Source: Methanoregula sp. SKADARSKE-2
GTDB taxonomy: Archaea > Halobacteriota > Methanomicrobia > Methanomicrobiales > Methanospirillaceae
DNA: 64,000 nucleotides
Assembly: GCA_030919125.1 (NCBI GenBank)
Contig: CP121470.1
Location: 1,532,391-1,596,390, forward strand
Direction of reading: 5' to 3'
Positions 46,727-57,746 of this stretch are shown piece by piece. Within the stretch, counting starts at the first letter, position 1; every line of letters begins with the position of its first letter. The translations under genes were made by a program, and so were the position numbers. The notes below the pieces were generated by a model. It saw nothing but the letters and a program-made list of their open reading frames with translations. It was not told where the DNA came from and searched no databases.

Positions 46727-46734
46727 TTTTAAAT
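46727..46734 (+). promoter_or_regulatory. Candidate TATA box for a near-leaderless tbp transcript
   Basis: TTTTAAAT about 24 nt upstream of the ATG; no obvious Shine-Dalgarno sequence. Confidence 0.35.
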
Positions 46735-46757
46735 ACTGTTTTGGTTTATTTATAAAT

Positions 46758-47318
46758 ATGAAGGTCAGGCCAGAAGATTCTCTCAAGATTGAAAACATCG
46801 TTGCTTCGGCAAAGGTGACCGATTATCTGGATCTGCCCGAGCTCGCATCCAAAATCCCCGGTGCGGAATATAATAAGAAGCGATTCCCGGGCGTTGTCCT
46901 CCGGATGCAGGACCCGAAGATTGCAGCGCTCGTCTTTGGTTCCGGGAAAGTCGTTCTTACCGGGGCAAAGAGCATCGACTCGCTCAGCAAAGGACTCAAT
47001 ATTCTTGGCGACAAGCTCCGCGGGCTTGGGATAGATATCCCCAAAAAACTTGAATACAAGATCCAGAACATTGTCACCTCTGCCGATCTTGCAACGGCAA
47101 TCAACCTGAACAAGATAGCTGTCGGGTTCAACCTCGACCGGATAGAGTACGAGCCGGAACAGTTCCCGGGTCTCGTCTACCGGCTGGAGACCCCGAAAGT
47201 CGTTGTCCTCCTCTTTGGGTCCGGCAAGCTCATCATCACCGGCGGGAAAGTGCCCGAGGATGCAAAGAAAGCGGTCATTAAGATCCTCGCCGATCTCCGG
47301 AGCCTCGGTCTGGTCTGA
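46758..47318 (+). CDS. tbp: TATA-box-binding protein
   Basis: IENIVAS...FPG...LVFGSGKVVLTG and second repeat IQNIVTS...YEPEQFPGLVYR. Confidence 0.97.
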   Translation: MKVRPEDSLKIENIVASAKVTDYLDLPELASKIPGAEYNKKRFPGVVLRMQDPKIAALVFGSGKVVLTGAKSIDSLSKGLNILGDKLRGLGIDIPKKLEYKIQNIVTSADLATAINLNKIAVGFNLDRIEYEPEQFPGLVYRLETPKVVVLLFGSGKLIITGGKVPEDAKKAVIKILADLRSLGLV

Positions 47319-47534
47319 GTTTTTTTTAACTTTTTCCCGCGCTTTCCGGTCAAAGATGGTGATTTTCTTAGAAAATTTGTGTATATGCGGGTTCGGTCGG
47401 ATTGTTTCAAAAGGGAATAATGTGAAAAAATATGCTTGCAGGTTTTTTTCCAATTGTAATATCAAAGCCTATATATTGTCATTTGGATAATTAATGTGTG
47501 AGAACAATTGTTCATGCAGAATCGGGTGTGACGT

Positions 47535-47909
47535 ATGAGATCAGAGAACGTAATGTTTTTTACGGAAAAGGAAGAGGAGTTTGCCAATCTCCTCATCGAG
47601 ATTGGAACGAAGAGAAATGTGGCAAAAGTGCTGGTATTTCTCGCAAGCACCCAGGAGGCAACCTCACGGGCAATTGAGCGGGGCACCGATCTTCGGCAGC
47701 CGGAAGTGAGTATTGCGATGCGGTACCTCCTTGACAAGAGCTGGATAATCAGCAGGGAGAGCAAGGCGGAGAGCAAGGGCAGGCCGGTCAAGATCTACGA
47801 GCTTGCAAAACCCATTACTGAAATTATGGACAGTATCGAGAAGGAGAAGAAGAAAGAGGCGACCAACCAGTTCGCCCTTGTCCAGAAGTTACGGGAGTAT
47901 ATCCGTTAA
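47535..47909 (+). CDS. Winged-HTH transcriptional regulator (COG4738-like)
   Basis: RNVAKVLVFL...IERGTDLRQPEVSIAM...KGRP.KIY pattern. Confidence 0.8.
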   Translation: MRSENVMFFTEKEEEFANLLIEIGTKRNVAKVLVFLASTQEATSRAIERGTDLRQPEVSIAMRYLLDKSWIISRESKAESKGRPVKIYELAKPITEIMDSIEKEKKKEATNQFALVQKLREYIR

Positions 47910-48605
47910 ACTGAGAATCTTACACTTTTTTTCGCCAGCTGCAATGACGGTGGCTATCCCTGAGAAGCCGGTAAAAAGCCCGCTCTCGACAATACCCGGG
48001 ATCTTTGCGATAGCCATTTCCAGCTCGACCGGGTTCTCGATCTCAGGAAATTTGCAGTCGATGATGAAATTCCCGTTGTCGCTGATGACCGGCCCGTCCT
48101 TCTTTCCGCCCTCACGGATAGCCGGCAGGCACCCGAGCCCACGGAGCTGGTTCATGGCAGGCCGGACCCCGAACGGGATGATCTCGACCGGGACAACCCC
48201 CCCCAGCCGGGGAACGAGTTTCTGTTCATCGATGACAACAATAAATCTGGAGGCTGCGGCGGCCACGCACTTCTCCCGGGTGTGCGCTCCCCCCCGCCCC
48301 TTGATCATCCGGAGCCCGAAATCGACCTGGTCGGCGCCATCGATGGCGATATCGATGACCGGGTGATCATCGAGGGTGGTGAGCGGTATCCCGTACTCCC
48401 GGGCCCGGATCGCGGTCTGATAGGAGGTCGGTATCCCCAAGACCGAGAGTTTTTCCCCCTTGAGACGCGAGGAGAGACGCTCTATCATGAAATAGACGGT
48501 CGATCCCGTGCCAAGGCCGACCACCATCCCGTCTTCCACCAGATTAGCAGCGTGGTATCCTGCCTGCCGCTTCGCCGCAGTGAGGGGTTGTGCAGTTTCG
48601 TCCAT
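47889..48605 (-). CDS. rpiA: Ribose-5-phosphate isomerase A
   Basis: GLGTGST, DGADQVD, KGRGGAHTREK, VISDNGN; start taken at MDETAQ. Confidence 0.95.
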   Translation of the reverse strand: MDETAQPLTAAKRQAGYHAANLVEDGMVVGLGTGSTVYFMIERLSSRLKGEKLSVLGIPTSYQTAIRAREYGIPLTTLDDHPVIDIAIDGADQVDFGLRMIKGRGGAHTREKCVAAAASRFIVVIDEQKLVPRLGGVVPVEIIPFGVRPAMNQLRGLGCLPAIREGGKKDGPVISDNGNFIIDCKFPEIENPVELEMAIAKIPGIVESGLFTGFSGIATVIAAGEKKCKILSLTDILP

Positions 48606-49004
48606 GTGACCAAACATATCTGTGCGAGAATAATTAAACGTGCGTTTTTTAAAAACGGCGCCAAAGAAATCCTCTCTTCCAGAATTTTTGCCTCTTGCGT
48701 TATCCACTCCCTGGGGGACGCGGACGGTCTCATTTTACCCTCTCTGGGATCGTAACCTTCTGAATAAGGACGGGTCTTCCGGGACGGGACCACCGCGACG
48801 GACCGAAGTCCTGAGTCTCAGGTGAGATGAGCGGAGGAGGGCTCCGCGGAGCCTGCGATCTGCCCGCCAAAGGTTTTGGAAGGACTGACCTCCCGAGAGC
48901 GGTAACCGGGGGCCGGATACTCCCGGTGGCCCAGGGTCATTCGCAATCTCCTGATCATCAAACAATCATAAGAAGGGGCACCTGAGGAAGAAGAGCGGGA
49001 AGCG

Positions 49005-50414
49005 TTATTTTGGGATGTCGGAAGAACGATACACCCCTCTCGGCACAACAATCTCAAATCTTGCACCTTTGCCTTCATCTCCGGTCTCCCGGATGGTAAT
49101 GCTCGTGATGTCGAGAATCTCCCGCAGATAGAATCCAAGACCGGTATTGCTCCCGAATCCCCGGGTGAAGATCTCCTCCTTCTTCTCAGGCGCGATACCC
49201 TGCCCATCATCCTGGACGGTAATGATGAGACCTTCGCCGGATTCACGGCTTGAAAGATGGATCTTTTTTAATGTTCCGGCATGACGGATCGCATTCTCGA
49301 AAAGATTGTAAAATACCTTCTCAAAGAGCGGGTCTGCGTAGATCTCCAGCAAGGAATTCCAGGGTGGGAGATCGAAAAGATTGCGATCGAATTGTGCCAT
49401 CGCAGCATGGACCACCTTCTCAAGAGAGAGCCATGCCGGGGGTTTCACCCCGATCTCCTCATAGAGTTTGGTAAACTGGATCTGCCGGTTGATGGTATTG
49501 AGGGCGGCTTCCTGCTTCGCGAGATACGTCTTTGCCTCCTGCTCCTGGACAAGGTTCTTCATGGAACCGTTATAGGAGAGGGCAGCCGTAAGGGAGTTGG
49601 CAATATCGTGGCGGGTAATCTGGGTGAGGAAGTGCATCTTGCGGTTGACCTGACCGAGTGCTTCTGCGGCACGTTTCCGATCCGTGATATCGTGGGCGAC
49701 AAGACTCACCATGGGGTTTGCCCCCTTCAGCGAGACGACTCCCGTTGCTATCTCTGCATCAAGGAGAGTGGCATCCTTGCACCGGATCCGGACCTCACCG
49801 GTATAGCCGGTCTCCGAGCAGATCTCCGTCATCATCGCCTCCCCGTCATCATCTACCCCGGAAAGGATCGTGGAAACATCAAGGCCATAGAGTTCCTTAC
49901 GGTCATAGCCAGCCAGCCGGATAAAAGCAGGATTTGCCTCGAGAAGGCGCCGGCTTTTGCAATCGATCAAGATCATGCCTTCGGCGGCTTTGTCCACCAC
50001 GGCATGGTAACGCTGTTCACTCTCCCGGAGTTTGCGATCAAGGCAATGGCGGTGAAGGGCCATCTCGATGGTGGCCATGAGCTCCCGGTCCATGAAGGGT
50101 TTGACAATATACCCATAGGGGGTAGTCTCCTTTGCTTTTGCAAGCCGGTGGTCGTCTACATATGCGGTAAGGTAAATGACCGGGATGTCGAAGCGCTCCT
50201 GGATCAGCCGGGCGGTCTCGATCCCGTCGATCTCCCCCATCAGTTCGATATCCATGAGAACGAGATCCGGCCGGGATCTTGCAATCTGCTCCAGGGCATC
50301 CTCGCCGAATGCTACAGGGTCGGGAGCATGATAGCCGGTCTTTATCAGCAGCTCCTGCATCCGCAGGGCTATCACCCCGTCATCCTCTACAATCAGAATG
50401 GATTCATTGGTCAT
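49005..50414 (-). CDS. Hybrid receiver-PAS-histidine kinase
   Basis: Receiver ILIVEDD...DLVLMDI...KP, PAS, H-box RHDIAN, N-box YNLFENA, G-boxes DDGQG and TGLG; start taken at MTNES. Confidence 0.88.
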   Translation of the reverse strand: MTNESILIVEDDGVIALRMQELLIKTGYHAPDPVAFGEDALEQIARSRPDLVLMDIELMGEIDGIETARLIQERFDIPVIYLTAYVDDHRLAKAKETTPYGYIVKPFMDRELMATIEMALHRHCLDRKLRESEQRYHAVVDKAAEGMILIDCKSRRLLEANPAFIRLAGYDRKELYGLDVSTILSGVDDDGEAMMTEICSETGYTGEVRIRCKDATLLDAEIATGVVSLKGANPMVSLVAHDITDRKRAAEALGQVNRKMHFLTQITRHDIANSLTAALSYNGSMKNLVQEQEAKTYLAKQEAALNTINRQIQFTKLYEEIGVKPPAWLSLEKVVHAAMAQFDRNLFDLPPWNSLLEIYADPLFEKVFYNLFENAIRHAGTLKKIHLSSRESGEGLIITVQDDGQGIAPEKKEEIFTRGFGSNTGLGFYLREILDITSITIRETGDEGKGARFEIVVPRGVYRSSDIPK

Positions 50415-50901
50415 GGTATCCCCTGGAGCAATCCTCCTCCGGCAAAAGCGGAAGATACACTCGTTGATACGCGGATAACAAGCTTTTTCGCAGCTCTCCT
50501 CTCTTCGCTTCGTCTGCCTGTGGGCAGACAACAATTTTATAGGTATCGTGATAAAGCGTCTGGATCTCAGGATAACTGCTCGGCATGGTGCTGTCTCGTT
50601 AAGGTGAAGATGAAGTTTCCCCGGATTGGATTCGGATTCAGGTGGGCATTAACTTCTTGAGCAATGGTCCAATATAAAGATTTGGCTTCGCCGGGAGAAC
50701 GAGATTCTTCGGTTAAAAAAGGGAGAGAATGCTTGAATCAAAAAAAATGGATGCAGCCCTCGGGAAACCTGTTTATCATCGGGGATGCAAACGATCCAGA
50801 TCACCGGAAGAGCCGTTTTCCCGGGGGTTCCCGGGTAAGGATCATAAAAGCCTCACATCGGGGATGAGAGAGATCTCACACCGAAGATTGCCGGGTGCAG
50901 A

Positions 50902-51606
50902 TCAGCTCCGCTCCGCATGGAGGATTCCCAGCACCCCCCGAGCATCGTGGACCGGTTTCCGCTCGATCGAATATTCATAGTGCCGGTCGAGATAATCGAG
51001 GAGAGCCATGTCAGGAGGGCCGGATATCGGGGGCAGGTGGAGCTCCATCTCTATGCGACGGATCCCGGCAAGATCTTCCGGATCGATGAGCCATTCCGCA
51101 CCCTCGCAGTCGCATTTCAAGAAGCTGCACCCCCCGGCTAAGGAGATGAGGGTATGAAGGGGGAATGTCCCGACCCGTACGGAGCGGGAGTCCCAGCAGA
51201 TCTCCTGGGGAGATCCATCGCCAAGGGCTCCTTCGATAACGGTTACCGGGGATTTATTGAGCCGGATATTTTCCCGGAGAATGTCTGCGGTCACCGGCTC
51301 GACCGTGGTAACCTGGCGGGATCTCCGGGCAGCCCGCAGGCAAAAGGCCCCGACATTTGCCCCGATATCGATCACCAGATCGTCGGATGCGAGATCCGCA
51401 AAACAGTATTCCGGAACTTCGGTGATCTGCCGGAATGAGGAGGGGGGTGCCAAAAACCGCATCCCGTCCTCAGAGACCCTAAAGGATTGTTCCGGACAAT
51501 TTCCGGCGGAATTTGCGGCAGCTGACAGGAACGGTACCGGGTCGCGGCTACCGGGATCCAGGATGCCGGGTTTTTTCCACCCCGGAAAGAATTGCCTGAT
51601 ACGCAT
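50902..51606 (-). CDS. FkbM-family SAM-dependent methyltransferase
   Basis: VIDIGANVG, VEP, LKCDCEGAE; start uncertain. Confidence 0.78.
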   Translation of the reverse strand: MRIRQFFPGWKKPGILDPGSRDPVPFLSAAANSAGNCPEQSFRVSEDGMRFLAPPSSFRQITEVPEYCFADLASDDLVIDIGANVGAFCLRAARRSRQVTTVEPVTADILRENIRLNKSPVTVIEGALGDGSPQEICWDSRSVRVGTFPLHTLISLAGGCSFLKCDCEGAEWLIDPEDLAGIRRIEMELHLPPISGPPDMALLDYLDRHYEYSIERKPVHDARGVLGILHAERS

Positions 51607-51743
51607 CACCCCCGCCCCCTGGGGAAAAATGAAAAAGCCGGCCGTCGAAGAATACAGGATCAATCGGGCGTGTACAAATTCATCTTTCCTTTGATACTTC
51701 ATGGTGTTCTCTGGATAAAAAGAGGGCTATCTAAAAAAAAGGT

Positions 51744-52095
51744 TCAGACCCCGCCCATCCGACCATCGACCAACTCTGGCATCTCCTGAGGGATTACTCC
51801 CGATCCAGCAGAGATCCACGGGTTCTTTCGCCGGCGTTGATATTGTCGCCATTCCCCATGCTGTCCTCATGCTCGACCCTTCCTTCGAGGAGGTACGTCA
51901 CCATCCCAACTCGGTGTGGATGCCACGGGTACCCGCAAGGATAATCCTCCGGCCGCCTTCCTGCACGGAAATCATCGTGTATCAGGAAAAGATCAAAGAG
52001 CGCACTTCCTCGGTACCCGAACGTGCGGTGAAGCCGGAGCCAGGCCCCCTATCGTCTCGTAATCCCGAAAGAGGTGATACTCTTCACCCCGGTAA
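51744..52095 (-). pseudogene. Pirin-family protein pseudogene (5' part only)
   Basis: RLHRTFG...FDLFL..DDF...WHPHR...VTYLLEGRVEHEDSMGN, then frameshifted AGSGVIPQEMP...GRMGG and a stop. Absent from the ORF track. Confidence 0.8.
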
Positions 52096-52215
52096 ATATC
52101 GATTTCCGTGGCGCTTTTTTTAAGCTGCATTAAGGTTTTTTTCGGGCATACTGTTTCGCAAAACCCCCTGGGGAAAGGATCATTTTTATCCCAATATTTC
52201 CTTATTCTTCCGGTA

Positions 52216-53016
52216 ATGAGACTGAGAGAGCAGCTGGCCGGAACCCTGCCCGGGGAACTCCTGCAGCACCTCTCCAACCACTTCGATGTCATCGGCGATA
52301 TTGCGATCCTCACCCTTCCTCCGGAACTCCTCCCTTACAAGCAGCTCGTTGCTGCTGCGATAATCACCAACCGCCGGAACATCTACACCGTCCTCAACAA
52401 AACCATGATGCTGAGCGGGGATTCGAGAACTGCATCGTACGAGATCCTCGCAGGTACCTCAATGATTGCACGGTACCAGGAGTTCGGGTTCCAGTACCGT
52501 TTCAATGTCAGCCGGGTTTTTTTCAATGTCCACCTTGCCTACGAGCGGATGCGGATTGCCGATCAGGTTGAGCCGGGAGAGAGGGTCCTCGTTCCCTTCT
52601 GCGGTGTCGGGCCGTTTGCCATTCCCGCTGCCGCAAAAGGTGCAGAGGTGATTGCCATCGAGAATAATCCGGATGCGTACCACTGGCTCCAGGAAAATGT
52701 CGCGCTCAACCGGGTGAGGCAGAGCATGACCGTCATCCTGGGGGATGCATTCGATACCTCCCTCTTGCCCCGCAACCGGTTTGACCGGGCGATCGTTCCC
52801 ACCCCGTACGGCAGAGAGGGGTTCCTCGAAGTGATCGCCCCGCATATCCAGAGAGGCGGGCTGATCCATTATTACACATTCAGGAAGAAGCACCAGATCC
52901 CGGGTCTCCTGGACGAGTACGAACAAAAAGGATTCAGCGCCACGTTCTACCGGCCCTGCGGGAATGTCGCACCCGGAGTGAACAGGTGGGTTTTCGATCT
53001 CGAACGGGATGGCTGA
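52216..53016 (+). CDS. Trm5/Taw2 (Met-10+) family SAM-dependent tRNA methyltransferase
   Basis: FDVIGDIAI, ER.RI, VPFCGVGPFAIP, IENNP; lacks a long N-terminal D1 domain. Confidence 0.8.
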   Translation: MRLREQLAGTLPGELLQHLSNHFDVIGDIAILTLPPELLPYKQLVAAAIITNRRNIYTVLNKTMMLSGDSRTASYEILAGTSMIARYQEFGFQYRFNVSRVFFNVHLAYERMRIADQVEPGERVLVPFCGVGPFAIPAAAKGAEVIAIENNPDAYHWLQENVALNRVRQSMTVILGDAFDTSLLPRNRFDRAIVPTPYGREGFLEVIAPHIQRGGLIHYYTFRKKHQIPGLLDEYEQKGFSATFYRPCGNVAPGVNRWVFDLERDG

Positions 53017-53182
53017 CCGGGAGATCCCCGGGGGATTTTTGTTCATCCCCGCGAAATACCGGATGCTTTATTTGGAGAGACGGGGCCGGCAAACGGCATC
53101 CGATGGTCCCGGGTCAATGACGACAACCCGGAGGGACAGCCTTATTTATCTCCCATCAGGGAAGACGTGTGAATACGAAATC

Positions 53183-53395
53183 ATGTACGAGAAGATCTTT
53201 TCAGTTCTGATGGTGATCGGGCTCGGGGTGCTTGCAGGAGGCGTGCTTGGGCTCCTCATCGGGTTTGCGCTCGGAAAACAGAGGCCCGCATGGTCGGAGA
53301 TGACCCTTGCGGAAAAACGGCTCAACGGGATACTGGTCATTGTCTCTTCGGTCATTGCAAGTGCCGGGCTTGGATGGTACTCCCTTCTCCGGTAA
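53183..53395 (+). CDS. Small two-TM hypothetical protein
   Basis: 70 aa from MYEKIFS, Gly-rich TM helices. Confidence 0.6.
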   Translation: MYEKIFSVLMVIGLGVLAGGVLGLLIGFALGKQRPAWSEMTLAEKRLNGILVIVSSVIASAGLGWYSLLR

Positions 53396-53756
53396 CTCGG
53401 GAGGCATCGCACCGGACGAAGAACTCCGTGAGTGAAAGGCTCTCTTCTCTTATTTTTTCCGCCCGTAAGGGATGAACAGGGCCATGTACTCGTCTGAGGA
53501 GCTGCTTGAACCGGACACCCGTCCGAATTCCGGTCCGGGTCCTGGCTGAGGAGATCGGCTGCGCAGCAGAGGAGAGGCCGTCCGTTCGCCCCGGTGACGG
53601 GGGGATCGAGATGACTTCGGTCATCGGGAACGAGTCTTCACAATCAATGACAACATCAAGAGAAGGTCGTCTGCATAGTCAGAAACGATGATCCGGCCGT
53701 ACGACGGGTTTACCGCGATCTCAGGCGAATTAAGTTCCGGGGTATATTGTTGGCAT

Positions 53757-54152
53757 TTAGCCAGGAGAAGGATAAAGTCGATCCACAGGCCGCAGCCCGG
53801 CGGATCCAGTGGTTCTCGGTGGTGGGGAGGGCCATGAGGGGGCGGCCGGCAGCACGGGGATCTGCGAGTGCGCCCCGAGTGACTTTGCCGCAGCGTACCG
53901 GACCACCGTCGATTCATCACGAAGTGCATCGATAAGCGCGGGAAGACCGGCAGGATCGCCGATCTCTCCCAATGCTTCGGCAGCTCTCAGCCGGCTGAGT
54001 GTCTCTCCGTCATTGAGCGTGACCGCATAGCTCACTCCATCTTCGGGCCGGCCTCGCATCCGGTCGAAGACCTCCGGCAGGTCCTTACCCACAGGGCCTG
54101 CAGACAGGTTCTGGTCCGGGTTCTGGAAAGGAAGTCGTCTATTCACTGCCAC
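53757..54152 (-). pseudogene. HEAT-repeat protein pseudogene
   Basis: RLRAAEALGEIGDP.GLPALIDALRDE..VVRYAAAKSLG, then frameshifted ALADPRA...NHWIRRAAA. Confidence 0.65.
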
Positions 54153-54526
54153 GTGCTCCTTAAAATTTTTCTCCCATGGTCTCAGGATGCTCCAGATCCG
54201 GCGCCACCCAACAGTGGCCTTGGAGGTTTGATCAGGAATTTATGCGAGAAGGTCTACAGATCGGACCCGTGCAGGAATCATGAACACCAAAAAGAGAGGA
54301 GATACGGGAAGACCAGCCCTTGGTCCGATCATGGCAAGCATTATAAAGAATTTGCACTATTATCACACTGCTATAATATCGGGCGAGGCTCTTCTGGCGC
54401 ACCGCTTTTCGGAAAAACCCGCAATTCCTCTCCGGTCAAAGCTTGAGGTTCATCATGTTCCTGATCCACCTTCCCGCAACTCTCCTCACGCTCCTTCCCA
54501 TCTCCTCCCCCGGCCCTTCCCCAAAG

Positions 54527-55912
54527 ATGCTCGACCGGATCGTGGATCGTGACAGGGATCTGCTCGTTGCATCCGTTCAGGAACTGATCCGGATACCCAG
54601 CATAGCGGGAGAACCCGAGCCCGGGGCACCGTTTGGCCCCGGCCCGCGGGACGCGCTCACCGGTGCACTCGGCATCGCCGAACGGTTCGGCTTTTCCCCA
54701 ACAAATCTCGGCAACTACGCGGGATTTGCGGAGTTCGGGAGTGGGGATGAGTATGTCGGGATCCTCGGCCACGTGGATGAGGTTCCGGAAGGTGAGGACT
54801 GGACCCATCCTCCATTCGGCGGGGAGATCCATGGCGGGAAGATCTATGGCAGGGGGGCACTCGATGACAAGGGGCCGGCCCTTGCCGCCCTCTTCGGGGC
54901 CCGGGCGGTCATGGAGAGCGGTCTTCCCCTCTCGCGAAGGGTCCGGGTCATCTTCGGTGCGGATGAGGAGACCGGGGAGGAAGACATCGCCCACTACCTC
55001 TCCATGGAAAGACCACCGGTATCCGGTTTTACGCCGGATGCTGACTTCCCGGTCGTCTTTGCCGAGAAGGGGATCCTCTGGATCGAACTTCAGAGGAACT
55101 TCTCAACAAGTTCCGCAGAGACACTGGTAAAGAAGATCGAAGGCGGATCGGCGCCGAACATGGTGCCGGACCGGGCCACTGCCGAACTGCTGGCCGCACA
55201 CCCGGAGATCGTTATCGCTAACTGCGGGGAGTTTGTGCGCCAGACCGGATTCCCGCTTGAGGCAAGATTGGAGCGAGGATGCGTGATCGTCACCGCACGG
55301 GGGCAGAGCGCCCATGCCTCGACGCCGGAAAAAGGGAGAAATGCTATCATGTTCCTCCTCGGCTTTCTCGCGAGCCAGAAGCTGAGCCCGGGGGCGATGA
55401 CCGACGCCATCCGGTTTTTCAGCAGGGCGATCGGATGTGAGTTGAACGGGAGATCCTTTGGCATTGAGATCTCCGACGCGCCTTCAGGTAGTCTCACGCT
55501 CAATGCGGGCAGGATCGAGGCTACCGAGAGCACCTTCCGGCTGATCCTCGATATCCGGTACCCGGTGACCAGCGATAAAACGGATGTAGTGAACCGGATC
55601 CGATCCACCCTGCGTACGAGCGGATTCTCCGGGAAGATCCTGGAGCACCAGCCCCCGCTCCATTACCCAGAGGACTCAGCCCTTGTCCGGACCCTCGCGA
55701 TCGTATACCGGGAGCAGACCGGGATAATGGCGCCTCCTGTCGCGATCGGGGGCGGGACCTATGCCCGCAGCCTCCCGAACATTGTCGCATTCGGCCCGTG
55801 CCGTCCCGGACAGGATCCGCCGATCCATCGGCAGGACGAGTGCATTGCGATCGACGAGTTGGTAGCGATGGCGAAGATCTATGCCCACGCGATCTACGAG
55901 CTGGCAAAGTAG
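54527..55912 (+). CDS. pepV: M20 family dipeptidase (PepV/Sapep type)
   Basis: GHVD, YGRGALDDKGP, GADEETG, FTPDADFPVVFAEKG, GGGTYAR; start taken at MLDRIV. Confidence 0.85.
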   Translation: MLDRIVDRDRDLLVASVQELIRIPSIAGEPEPGAPFGPGPRDALTGALGIAERFGFSPTNLGNYAGFAEFGSGDEYVGILGHVDEVPEGEDWTHPPFGGEIHGGKIYGRGALDDKGPALAALFGARAVMESGLPLSRRVRVIFGADEETGEEDIAHYLSMERPPVSGFTPDADFPVVFAEKGILWIELQRNFSTSSAETLVKKIEGGSAPNMVPDRATAELLAAHPEIVIANCGEFVRQTGFPLEARLERGCVIVTARGQSAHASTPEKGRNAIMFLLGFLASQKLSPGAMTDAIRFFSRAIGCELNGRSFGIEISDAPSGSLTLNAGRIEATESTFRLILDIRYPVTSDKTDVVNRIRSTLRTSGFSGKILEHQPPLHYPEDSALVRTLAIVYREQTGIMAPPVAIGGGTYARSLPNIVAFGPCRPGQDPPIHRQDECIAIDELVAMAKIYAHAIYELAK

Positions 55913-56316
55913 CGCCCCCCACTTTTCATCTTTGTTGCGATCTTTTGTCCTGGGATGGCCGTCCCCTTGAGAAGCGCGGTCACCATTGAAGGCAGGGCGC
56001 AATCTGACTCCGGCATTGAGAGAGGACTCGGATCCCGGCACGGTGAGGCGTCATCGCAACCGGAGGTGCTGGGGAATGCCCCTCCCCCAGGACTTCGGTT
56101 TTATCTCACCGGATTTACCATGAGGAATTTGCTCCACGGGACGAGCCCTCATGAGGCGGCCAGCGCCCGTGGCAGGCTCCTAATCCACAAAATTTGAAGG
56201 GTTCCCGATAGAAGGTCCGGAGTTTGCTCCTGGATAGGACGATGGTGGGCGGGATATCTGGCATCGGCTATGGCAAGGGAGAAATAGGGGGATCCACTAT
56301 CCTACGACTCTTACGC

Positions 56317-57711
56317 TTAATCGTTTCTGTACTGGCTCTTCGAGAGTGCGTGAAGATCGAAGATCGCATCGGCCTCGGCTTCTGTGAGAATACCCCACTC
56401 CACGGCGAGATCCCGGATCGGTCTGTGGTTCACCATAGACTCGTGTGCGATCTCCGCCGCTTTCAGGTACCCAATCCTGGGGGTCAGCAGGGTCGCGAGG
56501 ATCGGGTTCGTGGGTACTGACATCAGCAGGTGATCACGGTTCGGCTCAATCCCATCGATGCAGTGGGTCGTGAAGACCGGAAGGTAGTGGTTGAGGAGGT
56601 TTATCGATTCGAGAACGTTATTGACGATAATCGGGGTCATTACGTTCAGCTCGAACTGGTCGGCCTGAGAAGCCATCGAGACCACGGCATCGTTGCCGAT
56701 AATCTGGAATGCGATCATGTCAGCGCACTCGGCCATCACCGGGTTGACCTTGCCGGGCATGATGGACGACCCCGGCTGGACCGGTGGGAGGATGATCTCA
56801 TCGAGGTCGACGCTCGGTCCCGAGTTCATGAGCCGGAGATCGTTTGCGATCCGGATCAGTTCCAGTGCCAGCTCCCGGAGGGAGCTGGAGAACGCGCCCA
56901 TCTCCGCCCGACTCTGGAGTGCCTCGAAGCTGTTCCGGGCCGGGACAAGGCCGAGGCCGGTGATCTCCCGAAGGTTCCGGATGACTGCATCCCGGTACTC
57001 CGGGGGGGCGTTCGCCCCGGTCCCGGTCGCGGTCCCGCCGATCGCGACCTCAAGGAGCTCACTCCCCCGCTCACGGATTCGCTTCGCAGCCCTCGAGATC
57101 GCAGAGGCGTACGCGAGGAACTCATCGCCGAGCGTGACCGGGATCGCGTCCATAAGGTGGGTCCGACCGGTCTTTGACAGGGAGACAAATCTCTCTCCTT
57201 TTTGTTTCAGCGATGCGGCGAGGTCAAGAAGCACCCGGTCAAGTACCTGCGCATCCTTCATGATCGCGATATGGCAGGAGGTAGGGAACGTATCGTTCGT
57301 GGACTGGGCGAGGTTGACGTGATCGTTCGGGCTCAGGTACTCGTACTCCCCACGCCTCCTTCCGAGCAGTTCGAGCGCCCGGTTCGCGATCACCTCGTTC
57401 AGGTTCATGTTGAAGGAGGTCCCGGCCCTGACCTGGAAGATGTCGACCGGGAACTGATCGGTAAGTTTACCGGCAAGGATCTCATCCGCAGCAGCCACGA
57501 TCACCTCTCCCCGTTCCCGGTCGAGGATGCCCAGTTCCCTGTTGTTGAGGGCGGCTGCTTTCTTGATCGCCGCGTACGAGAAGATCAATTCGGATCGCAC
57601 GCGCCGGCCGGTCACGGGGAAGTTCCTCACCGCCCGCAGCGTCTGGATCCCGTAGTAAGCGTCGTCCGGGAGAGCGAGCACCCCGAGCGGGTCGCGCTCG
57701 AGCCGCATCAC
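56317..57711 (-). CDS. aspA: Aspartate ammonia-lyase / class II fumarase family protein (possibly decaying)
   Basis: YYGIQTLRA, HVNLAQSTND, GRTHLMDA, GSSIMPGKVNP; several conserved Gly/Ala positions are substituted. Confidence 0.85.
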   Translation of the reverse strand: MMRLERDPLGVLALPDDAYYGIQTLRAVRNFPVTGRRVRSELIFSYAAIKKAAALNNRELGILDRERGEVIVAAADEILAGKLTDQFPVDIFQVRAGTSFNMNLNEVIANRALELLGRRRGEYEYLSPNDHVNLAQSTNDTFPTSCHIAIMKDAQVLDRVLLDLAASLKQKGERFVSLSKTGRTHLMDAIPVTLGDEFLAYASAISRAAKRIRERGSELLEVAIGGTATGTGANAPPEYRDAVIRNLREITGLGLVPARNSFEALQSRAEMGAFSSSLRELALELIRIANDLRLMNSGPSVDLDEIILPPVQPGSSIMPGKVNPVMAECADMIAFQIIGNDAVVSMASQADQFELNVMTPIIVNNVLESINLLNHYLPVFTTHCIDGIEPNRDHLLMSVPTNPILATLLTPRIGYLKAAEIAHESMVNHRPIRDLAVEWGILTEAEADAIFDLHALSKSQYRND

Positions 57712-57746
57712 CGGCCTCCCCCGGATCCCTTTCCTTCTGCGTCCGC

